Source of the DNA: Sphyrna mokarran
Taxonomy: Eukaryota
DNA length: 64,000 bases
Assembly (NCBI GenBank): GCA_024679065.1
Contig: JAGIQG010000006.1
Coordinates: forward strand, 95,604,001-95,668,000
Reading direction: 5' to 3'
The notes beneath the pieces were generated by a model. It searched no databases, had not been told where the DNA came from, and worked only from the letters and a program-made list of their open reading frames with translations. Positions 39,001 through 51,025 of the stretch are shown piece after piece. Numbering within the stretch: position 1 is the first letter of the stretch; each line of letters opens with the position of its first letter. Made by a program: the position numbers and the translations under genes.

Positions 39001-42000
39001 CAGTGAATCTAGTCTGACAGAGATGTGAGCTCTGTGTCTCCCCACCCGCCCACTATCCTTCTAATAGGAATTGATCTCCAATGGGTCTTGTGGGGCTCTC
39101 AATCACACAGCAACATGTATTTAAAATATATCATTATAAAAGTAGACATTCAGTGAAAAGGCATTTTGCCCTGTTAAGTGAAGCTTTCAAAAGTTGCTCC
39201 TTAGGCTTAGATTTTGGGCTTTATTTTTCAAAAATGTCCTGAAAGTTTTAAGTAAAGACCAGAATGCACCAACGGAATGCAGTAAATGTGGATTTTAACT
39301 GTGCTAAATTGCTTTCGAGTGTTTTTTTTGACCCAGGAAGCGTAGTTCCCTTGAAAGCCTGCACTGTTCAAACTGTGCGTGTATAAATAGTGCGTGGCAC
39401 AGAGTGTGGAAGGTTTATTTAACATGAATATACAGGCAGACAATGTAAAGTTCATCACCAGAAGGCCAGCTAATTAACAAAGAGGCAGCACTTTAAAACA
39501 GGTCCCACCATACCCAACAAGCGTGGCTCGCACGTGCTGATACAAAGGATTTCGACACTGTCATCTGTCAGCTCGGAAGCTGAAAGTAAACAATGATATA
39601 GATTATTTCACGGGTCACAGACAGGAAAAGCAGTTAATGTCCCAGAATGGCACAAATTCATTCTAGTGTCAAGCTCGGCAACTGGAGCCCTTTATGATCA
39701 ATAACTGGGCAGGATCCTTTCGCAAGCTGAACTGGGGAAGGGTGGAGGGGTCAGTTAATCTGTCAGGGACTGAAGGGCACAGGAACCCACTCTTTGTTTC
39801 CAGTGATTCCACGTGAATTATGTGACGGATTTCAAATTAATACGCTGAAGAATACTTGAGGCCAAATGCGGCCTGTTTTTTTTTAACTAAACCTATTCGA
39901 GATCCTATTCGTTTTCTTGTTTCTTTCATTTTTAACACGCTGCCATTGAAAGGAAGAGCAAAGGGCCTTGGTTAAAGAGAGCGTGGTGAATGGAACCGGA
40001 TTGCAGACGGCTCTGTGTTATTCTAAATAGCAGAAGAGGTAATGGGCAAAACCTGAATCCACAAAATACATTCTCTTGCCGAGTCGTGTGGTTATTAAGC
40101 GCTCTGCTTTTGGAAGCTGGGAGTTGTGTTTCATTGAATGACTTATGTCTTGCGATGTGAACCATTACCCATAACCGGGTTTGATTTGTTATTTTAACAG
40201 AGCCGTGCGGAAGTGGTGGAGATCCTGAGTACAGAACTGGACATGTTAAACATAGTCCGGCGACCTGAACCATCACTGTCTGTCCAACTGGTATTGGCGA
40301 ACAGGCTGCTGGGCAAACCTGTTGAATTAATTTCAGATAAGAAAATAGCGATGTCTTACAATCCCTAGAAAATCAGATGGCATTTCGCACGGCGAGACAT
40401 CCCCGATATTCACCGTTCACCCTGTAACACCCCCCACCCCCCAATCTTTGCTCTCAAAAGCAAGGTCTCAGTGTCTGGTTCCACCATGTTGGGTGAATCA
40501 CAGCGATTGAGATCCTACAGTTTGACAAATGAGCAAAAATGGTGTTGTTTATAATCAGCGGATACGCACGTATTGTGAAATGCAGGAAGGTACAAGACAA
40601 CACGGAGCCACATTTCACACTGTAAAGCACAGGAGGAAGATACTTCTCAGTCCCTACACCATATCGAGATACCAGAGATCAAAAAGAACTTTGAAACCAC
40701 TCTTTTCAAATCAGTGGTTTGCCACCTTTGCCTTCCTAATCTGGAATATGGCAAAATCGAACAAAGTCGTGCGGATTCATTGGGAGGATTGCCTGAGTTT
40801 TGAGTTGACGTACTGAGTGCAGAAGAGTTAAGGACCGTGCCTTGCCGCTGAGGGTTCAGTACGTGTGGCCATTATCACCGGCAAATCCAATCGGAGACAT
40901 TTTATTTGCAGTTATAAAGTACATGCCCTCAGCCTTCGATTGAAATTCACTGGGTATTCACAAGTAAATGTGTAAAAATTATTTTAATGTGATGAAATGC
41001 ATGGTTCAATTATTTTTGTCAGAATTAGTCAAACAGCGGATGTTCGAGAATAGGGACAAAAATCCAAAAGAGATTTTAACTTCATTCCATTTGACTATAG
41101 CGGCACCTGTCCCGCACTAAAAGACAGTAAAACAGTCAAAGGTTCAGAAGAGCTGCTGCCGCAGGTCCCCAAAGCCGATGTCGGTAGGGCCATTTTACTG
41201 TTTCGCTTTTTTTTTTACTTTTTGAAGTTTGAAATCAATGTTTATCAACAAAGTGATCAGGTTAATTTATGTTTATTATTGAGGCCTCCATACGCTCGTT
41301 TCACCTTTGGCATTCATGTTAAAGCAGTTACTGGAGAGAGTTATTTGGAAACAGTTCGGGTGGTGGGAGAGGGGGAGATTTTCATCAACAAGTCAATCAC
41401 AAACATTTTGTATTAATCTCCGAACCAGAAACCAAAATATGGAGTGCCCGGCATCGCCCACGACTGCAGCGCGTCTATCGAACCATCTAGACACTTAAAA
41501 ACAAACGATATGCAAAAAGCAAAGCAAACACTTAGGTGACACCGAATCCAGCCTCTGTACATATTTTAATTCTGCAAAACTGCAAACAAAAACCCTGGAA
41601 GCAATCCCGATCAACTAACACACACCCAACAGGCAAGCAGGAGCGATGACCAACCTCACCCCCTCGCACATGAAAGCAGAGGTTTGCGGCCAACTGTCTT
41701 TTTCGTCACCCCCTCCCCCAGCTTCAGATCTCACTTCAGCAGTTTCGCCTTGTGCAGATTGATGACAACCATCAGCTTGTAAATATTAAGTGGAAACCAA
41801 ACGACTTTGAACTTAAACATGAACTAAACGTGTGTTTTAAATTATTTAAACTGTTGAACCTCGGGAACGACCATTGATTATCTTATCGATCTTAAGTGAT
41901 CGCTGGAGGGGGCTTTGCTACAATCCGAATTTGCCGCAACGCGTGAAAAAGTTATCACGCTCAGTTTTGACGGAGAAACAACTCTAAAAATCAGCACCAA

Positions 42001-42347
42001 GATGTCTTCCCTTAACCTGCTCATTTCAGACAAACAGCGCAAGTGCCCATATTCACGCCCGGATATACATCTATCCTTTGTTTACGCTTAGCGTTTATTT
42101 TAAGTTTTCAAAGTTCACTAAATTCGCTTCAAATATTCCCCAGGACTTGAACGGTCATTGAACCCCGCTTGATCATTTAAAATTCCTTTGTTTTTTAAAG
42201 CAAGTGTCTGAACATTTCCGATGCATTTTTATAGAATGAATGATGTTTCTGTACTGTCAAGTATGAGGCTGTCACCAAATGCAGTCGCTTCATGCTTTCT
42301 AATTTTTTATATATTTTTCTTCTTTACAGAAACGTTTTTAAACCTAC

Positions 42348-42387
42348 CTGATCGGACACTCCTGAGCGCGCTGCCGTTTTTTTCCAT
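42348..42387 (-). CDS. PAX5: PAX5 alternative first exon 1A, coding part (MEKNGSALRSVRS-G)
   Basis: Minus strand reads agtATGG (strong Kozak), 13 codons + 1 nt, then donor CAG|GTAGGT. Phase 1 joins exon 2 to give G-HGGVNQ. The pattern EKN-x4-R-x2-R-x-G has the same spacing as mammalian exon 1A (MDLEKNYPTPRTSRTG, recalled). Confidence 0.85.
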
Positions 42388-42750
42388 ACTAGTTCTGGGA
42401 TTTCGAGTCCTTTGTGAAGAGATTGGAAGAAAAGTTTCCCCCTTTTCGGTGTGTATGCGTGTTTTGTCGGCTTCGAATAATTTGACTCTTCCGCTATCCC
42501 GCCGCGTCTTTGGTGCTGCCCATTGATCCGAAACTAAACGTTTTAGGTGGAGAAAAGGCTCTGAACAAACCGTGAAATGATTAAGGAACTAAAAGAGCTC
42601 GCTACATGTGAGATCATGTCCTGTTCGCCTTTAGAGAGAGAGAAAAAAATCGCCAAGTCCCCGTGCGACACAGCGAAAAGAAAGTGAAACTCTTACAGCT
42701 GCCGGACCAACCACCCCCATCTATGAGTCTTGGTAACTTTGGCGTTATGT
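42388..42750 (-). promoter_or_regulatory. Exon 1A 5'UTR and proximal promoter (TSS not determined)
   Basis: CpG-rich sequence directly upstream of the 1A ATG. Minus-strand blocks AGCGGAAGAGTCAAATTATTC and AAAAGGGGGAAACTTTTC resemble recalled mammalian 1A 5'UTR blocks. Confidence 0.6.
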
Positions 42751-45700
42751 TTCTCGCCTCCAAGCCCCCCGATTTTAACTTGAGAATCTGTCCGATTACA
42801 ATGCTTGGCCATCTGCAAATAATTTACACAGTGCGAGGAGGGGGGATTCGGAAACACTGCATCACATGCCGACCAAAGCATTACTCTCTAACATTCTGAA
42901 TAATTAAAGCCTTTTCCCATCGCTTCACCCTCTGTTTACCCCTCCCTCCTCAGTCTGCCTCCAGAAATGTACCAAATAGTTTTAATTACAGCTCAGGAGC
43001 AGTAATGAAACAAAAACCAAGTCAGTACCCCCACCCCCTGAAATGAGTAAGTTCAGTGCTCTTCGTTGCTTGCTCTCTGTTTATTCCTCAAATGCAGCGG
43101 CCAAGGATGTTTACAAATTGTATCGAATTGATTCTCTTTTCATTGGAGGGGAGTTATGTTATAAACGGGATGCCCCTCCCCCTTCCCTTTTCTCACACAA
43201 GTAGTGAAATGTGCAAATAAGATACGTTCTTAATGTTAAACAAACGCTTTTCTGGGTATGACCACATTCTATGAGGAAACTCCTAACTGATTACTGTCCT
43301 TACAAATAGAAAGAGAAACAAATTCGCCGCTTGTCTCTCTCCAGCCTTTTTATTCTGTAACTGTGCCAATGCTGGGGTGCGGGGGTGAGACGGTTGCAGT
43401 ACTTGCTTCCAGACAGGTAATCACCACATTGGTACCACAGATACACAGCTCCCATCGCACTTCACCGTTAATCCGATGACCCCAGCATAACTTTATCACA
43501 GTCCCGTCTCTTATATAACAAATGTGGGTTTATATTTGTTTGAATGGCAGTGATTTGAATTAAATACAAACTCAAATGACTGGCACCTGGGTCAGACTGG
43601 CATTGCTTGCAACTGTTCCGTGTTCGTTATATTTTACCTACAACACTACCCAAAGCAAACTCGCTACATATTGCACATTTCACTACTTTAGCTGGATATA
43701 GTTTCATAGAAAGCGGAAAACGATTTTATAGGCTAAATCAACCAATGTTCTTCAAGTCTCTGACAGTTAATATGTTCATTTGGAAAGGGCCAGGTAGTCC
43801 GCCAGGAATGTTTATGTACAAAAATGGCACTTTTAAAAATAGTTGCACAAGTCTAAAGATCTGTAGTTCAGAACATGTCTGCTCTGTTTTATGCAAAGGT
43901 TTGCCGATAGGCTCTATTCCTCGATTCTAGCGCGCGTTCTATTAAGTCAAATCGTTTTTTTTGGGTGAAATCCAGGGGATTGAAGACAGAGTACAGTGTA
44001 CCCTATATGTCTGCGTTTATATCTATTATTATTCCACTTAAAACACTTCAGGTGACGTGTCTCAATTGTGAATTTAAATATTGATATTTATCAATAAACT
44101 GAAACAGGTGAGGCTCGGCAGGATCGCCGCTTAAATCTGGGTTATCTAAAACAATTTGTTTCATTTAGATAAAATTATTATACTCTTCATCGAATAATCG
44201 AAAACAATTATTAGACAATTGCCACAAAAGATGGTGTTTACAAGTTTCAGAACCGATCAGATATTAATTGTAACACATTAAATCGAATTCTCAGATGCTG
44301 GCCGCTGCTTGTTTGAAATGATCTGATCAGGCAAATGGGAAGGTGCGGCTAAACTTTATAAAGTTAATACTGTTAAAAAGTTGAAAATAATTCTTTCTGA
44401 AAAATTTGAAGGGACATACCTGCCCTTTATCTTGCGGTCATTCACGTTTAACAATGCTATTAATAACATAAAACCAACATAATTGCTGAAGACGGCCGGG
44501 AGTTTGCTCCCTGACAAGTGAAAGAGCAATTTAATGGAGGGTAAAAACATACAAGTTGCATTGTAACCTTCCAAGCTAACTCCCAACACAAGAAAGAAGT
44601 GACTAGGTCTGCTGTCATTTTATTTGTGAATCACTTTCATTTTTCCCACTCTTTGACATTCTCACAAATAATCCTAGCTCCGAACGGCTCCTAGATTTTC
44701 GGTTGTGCCCAAGGTCACAAAACATGGAAATTACCTCGACATAGTGAACATATGGGGAATATTTTATGTGCACAATTCATACGAAAATGGTTAAAACTAG
44801 GGTTTTACGAAGTTAGTCAACCCCAAAATCCTTGCAATCCATTTGTATTTTGATACAATGTGCGAGGACAAATGTCTCCCGCTATAAACTGTGAAATACT
44901 GTTTTAAACGAGTATTCAAAATATATGAATGGGTTATAAATATCTGGAACGTGCTTTATAATGAGTTGTGCATCATTAGTACACTCCACATTAAAATGTA
45001 TTATGTTTATTTTCTTACTGAAATCAGCCCACGATAATTACATTAAATCACTACCCTCACTGTTTCTTTTCATTCCTTAACAAGCAATTGTTATGAAGCG
45101 GGACAAAACGGTTGGCATACTTAACTGTGCCCAGAATTAACTTTTAAAATCAACATTTATTAGCTCAATGACACTGAAGTGAAACTCGTGCTGTTTCTGT
45201 TTCGCGTATCAATTGTTCGGCTATCAATATAAAAAATAACCTTTTTTTCCTGTTTTTAGCTGACCAGCGTTTTTACACTGCACCTCACCGTTTACAGCGT
45301 TCATAGTCTTAACTGTTTGTTCAAAACTTTAATCGGGTATCGCTAAAAAAAACAACGACCCGACTCACAATTTGGCTAGGTTAGAATTTTCATAAGCAGT
45401 CATTCGAAGAATTATAATTTTCAACAAGCTGTTTAAATTTGTGAAGAATTTGGAGCCAGTCAGGCCGTTGGTTTTAATCAGCTGTCCAGACACTCTCTCA
45501 GCCGTGAGAGCTTGGCCACCAGTTCCTCTAGAATTGCCCAGTTAGCGCAGGGATATAAAAATGCACTTATCTCTTATTCCTTTCCAAAATGTGTGTGCAT
45601 TCATGTTTTGCCATTTTGTGGTTGATGAAACCAAAAACTTAAGTGGCAGCAAATTTTACATTTATCTGATGGAGCTCGTTAGTTCAAATGTTGATGATTC

Positions 45701-46589
45701 AATGACCTTGATGGGAGGTTTGTGAAAGGTAACTGAAAATGTCAGGGCAGTTAATTTGGAGCCTGAGAGGTAATGTGTGAAGTCCTAAATGCAAGGGTTG
45801 ACAATCGTTATCGTTCACTTGGAATTTGCCCCGAATGCCCAAGTATCACACAAACCTACCACTGCTTCTACAAGATTGCACTAACCTCTACTCCGCTAGC
45901 TTTAGTGAAACTTTCAGGAGAAAATTCAATTTAAAAAAAAACTGGACCAATAATTTAGGCGCTAATATGACTTTTGGTCTGCTGCAGTGTTTCCACTGGG
46001 AATTTTCTTGACGGGAGACTAGGAACAGTACCAGAGGTGATGATTGTAACTGAAATATATGGATTTACATCGCCCTGGAAAAGAAGAATAATGAACCCGA
46101 GTCACCTGGAGAGCATAGTTGGGATAACCTTTTATACCTAGTCAATAAATTGCAAGATAAACATGATAGTCACATTCTTAGTAGTAATTTCTAGTAGCGT
46201 GAAGACAAAACTGGCGGGACACCGTGCTCAGTGTGTTTTAATTTCACGTCTTGTATGTGTCGATATTGGAATGTCTTCATGTCGCTGTAAGCAATTTGTG
46301 CTAGATAGTTACAGTTGTTATAGTTCCATTATCTCAGATTCACCATAATATATATAAACATCGAACATTAATAAAACATCGAACATTAATAACTACCGAC
46401 GGTTTAAATGCTTTACTTTGACCAGATTAAGATGCTGTGGAAAATGTTAAAATTCATTTTTTTACATATATCTGCAACCCGACCATCCCACAATACCTTC
46501 GTCCATAATATTTCAGTACAGTTGCACCTATAGTGTGCTATGTTTCATTATCCTTAATTTGCTTCATTTTAAAATGTATTTCCTATATT

Positions 46590-46985
46590 GCTGATCTACC
46601 CCAACCGTGACTCTGACAGTACCTTAGTTATCCTCAAAGTTGTTTTCAAATTCCTCCATGGCATCCCTCTTTGCAACCTCTTCTAGTCCTACAAGCCTTT
46701 GGGCTCCTCCATTGCTGGCCTCCTGTGCACCCTCAATTTTTATTGCTTCAATATTGATAACTATGCTTTGACCCTATGTCCTGAATTCCCTTTCTAACCC
46801 ACCCTGCCTTTCTACCCTTTTCTTTTAACTACTTTGGCCAATTCCTGGTCATCCTGATAATTTCAAAAATATAACTTGTCTATGGCTGGTGAAAAAAAAC
46901 TTCATATGTATTAATATTAATCTTATTGTGTAACTGGATGTTTGCTATGTTAAACATACTATATAAATGTAAATTGTTGTTTCAT
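46590..46985 (+). mobile_element. L2-type LINE 3' remnant, highly decayed
   Basis: atcctcaaagttgttttcaaattcctccatggc...ctatataaatgtaaattgttg; a similar copy lies at 61270-61730. Confidence 0.5.
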
Positions 46986-49900
46986 TATGATCAAGATATT
47001 GCACCAAGCAGTCTTTGGGGCCAGAACTTGTTTGGAATTCCAAAAACTAACAATTCAGCTCAGAACATCTCTGTTATTTCCAATTAGTAGCAGATCCAAG
47101 ATAAATTATCTCTATTTATGATTTCATTAACAGAAGAATATATTTTCAAACATAAAATCACATTTTAAAATCTTTGGTCCTGATACACATATTATTGGTT
47201 ATGTTCTCTCCACATTAAAAACTAGGCCATTTAGATATCCTATTCATGGCCTTTGCTGATGCAAAACTGAAGTTGGCTTTCAGGAATTATGCATCCCTTA
47301 GCCTAACTGGAGCTAATAACTCATTATGTAGGAATCAATGGAGAAGAGCCAAATCATATGTTTTTGTTTGAATTTCTTGCTTTTCCATGGTAACACAAAT
47401 TAACATGCATACAGTGGCTAATCACTGACTTCTTTGACGTGTCATGATGTAACAGTATGAAAGAATGGACTGACCTTCTATAAATGATTCTGAAAACATT
47501 GCATTCTATAGTAAGACAACAAATGGGACTAATTTGTTCTCTGACAAAAACTATTAATTCAGATTCAAATACAATGTTTAAAAAAAAATTTGCCTGTCCG
47601 TCACAGTTAAAAAAAAGCTATCTGACAAGAGATTAAATATGCAACAAACATAATTCTAGTGTAAAATGTTGAGTAAGTGTCATTCGCTTTTAAATTACAT
47701 TTCTGCAAAATATTAAAGGAAATTACATAGAAATAAAGCAGATGGACAAATAATAAGATTGAACATAAATATACTAGCACAAGAATATTCAAATTAAGAT
47801 TATGGGCTTGGAAATATCTAGCAGTCATTAAACGGCATAATGCCATAGACTAGAAAAAAACATGATGTTAAATAAATAGATATGATGATGGAAGAGGAGT
47901 TTTAATTTTGTAATGTAAATTTTCAGATAGGAAAATTAACCATCTATCCAAAATGTAATAAAAAAATGAACATTTTCAACACAAAAATTTGAATCACATT
48001 CACTGTGGAATGTAAGCCCATACTAAGGAGTTACCTGAAACTGTCCCATATGCCTATTTCTTTCATTTACTCCTGTCTAGTGCATAATCGCATGAACTCT
48101 GCTCAGTACCTCCTTGTAGTCACGGGCTAAAATTTATTGTGAGAACAAGCATGGAGTTTTCTCCTTTTTCTTGGAGCAGTGCAATGGTTACACCATAAAA
48201 AATACCCTAAATAAGTCATAATACATTTCCTACTTTGTTTTATAATATGAGTCCCCAAAGCTATTCCTCATAGGATGATCACTTCCCTGTTGAATTTCTG
48301 ATCAATATCTATTGGATGTTCAAGCACATTTGACACCACAGAAAAATGTCCATGATCTGGAAAGTTGAAACAAGCAAAGTACCAAAGATATTTTTTACTT
48401 GAACATTGAATACAGAACAATTTGTTAGTCTTTCTTAGACTTAGTCTAAATTATATCTAATTAGCCATTTGTTGGAATGATGATCAGTACAGCAGTCAGT
48501 GTTTTATATCTATAGCAGTAGCAAATAAATCTTTACTATTGCACATGTGATTTAATGGTATGTATGCAGAATGAGGTTTATTCTATTTACGTCAAGTGAC
48601 AATAACTCTTATTTTCTCAGTTATTTCGCTTCTTCATGATTTCCCCATCTATCCCATCGCTAAGGCCAAAACACAAAGACAATTGTTTTCCAGGCAAATC
48701 CCAAAGCCATCCTAAATCGGCTTATAGGAGTTGGTTGAAACTCAAGATGCCCCAAAGCTAGCCTCCCTCTGATTTTTCTCTCCTTTCATGCATGAAGTAG
48801 CCTACCATCACTGTTGAATTATGGTGAGTCAGTACATTGGGGATGGTGGGTTCAAACTAACAGACCACCACTTCAATGCATTGGTATTGGTGCTCCACTG
48901 TCGGTAGTTTCAACATGATAACATCTTAATAAAAAAGAAGTAACGAGAAATGAACAAAGCTAACATTTTTTGAGTTCAGCAGTAAAGTCATTAATATTCG
49001 CACATGTACGCATAAGATCATCCTGTATGACCAGTGTCTCTGCCCTATACAAAAAGTCCAATAAATAAACATTTTGAAATCTTACCGACCAAGGAATTTC
49101 AGTGGAGTGTGCTATGAATTCATCCCAAGCCTATAAGCTTCAATGAGCACAGAAAGTATATTCCACAAATATTTATTATGTAATCGATTTGAATTTATTT
49201 TGGGAAAAGTATTTTGTTAACTTCCCACCATATTCTGTACACGATTTGGTTTATGTCACAATTGGCTGGGAAACTAAATCAAAATAGTTCCAGTGGTTGA
49301 CTTTTGACCTGTGAGTGAAACACAGTATTTTTTGCTCAATACAGGCAGCCATTTATAAACCTAATGCTACTATTGACTGTTGAACAAATTGCCAACCTAA
49401 GCTGATCATCCCTGTTTTGCACATTGGAAGACAAAGAACAATTCATACTGGATGTGATAACAATGTCATAACTTTATTAAAGGGGTTATGTTATTGTTTT
49501 CATTTTCTACCATTCTTAACTTGGAGAATAACAACGTGGCAGAAGGATTCACAGGATGATTAACAGTCTGACAGGCTTCGACATGAATGCACCTCCCATC
49601 ACTATAATCATCTTTATACCAGTTAATAGGATGCTTAGCCCTACATAGTAGGAGGTTTTTATGCGCACTCACAACTTATACAATGACGTGTGTGTTGGTG
49701 GGGGTGGGTACCAACACTACCAAATGCAATGCCATACAGAACTCAGAGCAAGAGCTCCAGTGTGTATCTTCTACTCCAGATGAAAAGGGTTTGAAACTAA
49801 AGGCTCACTCCAAGTTAGTTGATGCCATTAATCACAGCAGCTAAACATGAGCAGTTCTCAAATCTGACATCTAATGAGAGTTTAGGTTCTTGTAATCATT

Positions 49901-51025
49901 TTTGAAATCATTTTTTAAACATCTATATATTGTGCAGTTAGTGGGAGAAGCTTTGTTTTTGTTCCTTCTTTATTGCTAATGAAGAAACATATGAGATGTT
50001 GATGACTGAAAGTTTCCATACAGTTCCATGAAGGCATATTCAATGAATATTGAGCAAAAATAAGAATATGAAGTTTGTCAAGGTAGATGTCAGCTTATAA
50101 GCCTGATGAAATTTATTTATAGAAATTAAAACCAAACTTGAATATTTGATATTAACTTTATTATTTGTATTAAGTCCAATTCACCTATTTCAGATATAAT
50201 TTGGTAAAAGCAGAATGAAAACAGCTAGCTGTAGATAAATCTATGTCAGAGCAGTAGGAGATATCTTAGAAAGAGTTAAAGAGGGTTCAATACAAATTTG
50301 TTCCCTCAAAGCTATACATTTTGCTTCCAAATGATTTGGTTTAGACCCATCATCTAATGGAAGTAAATAAGGCATCTAGTACCTCAAATGGAATTCATGC
50401 GTCATATGTTGAAGGTTTTCAGGAACAAAATACAATCAATCAAGGGCTGTAAAGCGGTAATTTGACATGCAGGGAGAGTTATCACATCCATAGGCCAACT
50501 GCCCAGAGGTGGAACTCAGGTGACTTATTTGCAGAGTGATCTAGTGAATAACAGTATGCAACAGTTAGGGACATGCAGGAAAATACACTGGTAAGATCAA
50601 ATATCTATTGAATGCTTAGGATAATAGCTAAGAAGCAAGGTTCATAGACTGGCAGAATGGGATGGAAGATGGAAGTAAGAGAATTGAGTACAACTGGTGA
50701 CTGAGTCCAGAAATGGCACTTGCATCATAAAGTGATCATAAACTCCTCTATTCAAGAGGGACATCTCTCAGACATAATCTGACAGAAATAAAAATGGAAG
50801 TAGAGACCATAGCTTGAATAGAATTGGCAATGTGTTAAAGGGCACAGCTAATGGCAAATCCCAAAAGGAAAACTTGAAGCAACTGCCCTTATGTTTATAT
50901 TTGCAATTTGTATTGTATGAGGAGAGGTTTTTAAATTCTAAAATGATGAATCTGACTCCTTATAATCATTCTATAGTAAACCCCCACTCACACTTACCCT
51001 TTGCTAACCTCCACATACACTCAGT

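Larger units (their letters stand above)
20720..46620. promoter_or_regulatory. Extended CpG-retaining, LINE-poor domain (probable DNA methylation valley)
   Basis: By eye, CpGs are frequent on almost every line here and rare in the flanks, while GC content stays moderate. Only short repeat insertions inside. Boundaries approximate. Confidence 0.7.

Noticed and set aside
39893-39929. Minus-strand ATG-to-GT phase-1 frame MKETRKRIGSRI-G as exon 1A
   Set aside because: Poor donor (TAG|GTTTAG), and 42348-42387 fits exon 1A far better.
42110-42235. TATA box plus TCAAGTCCTG resembling the recalled human 1A UTR
   Set aside because: No usable ATG and donor in frame; lies inside intron 1, downstream of the real exon 1A.
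46357-46392. Short tandem duplication of aaacatcgaacattaata
   Set aside because: Ordinary slippage duplication with no functional evidence.
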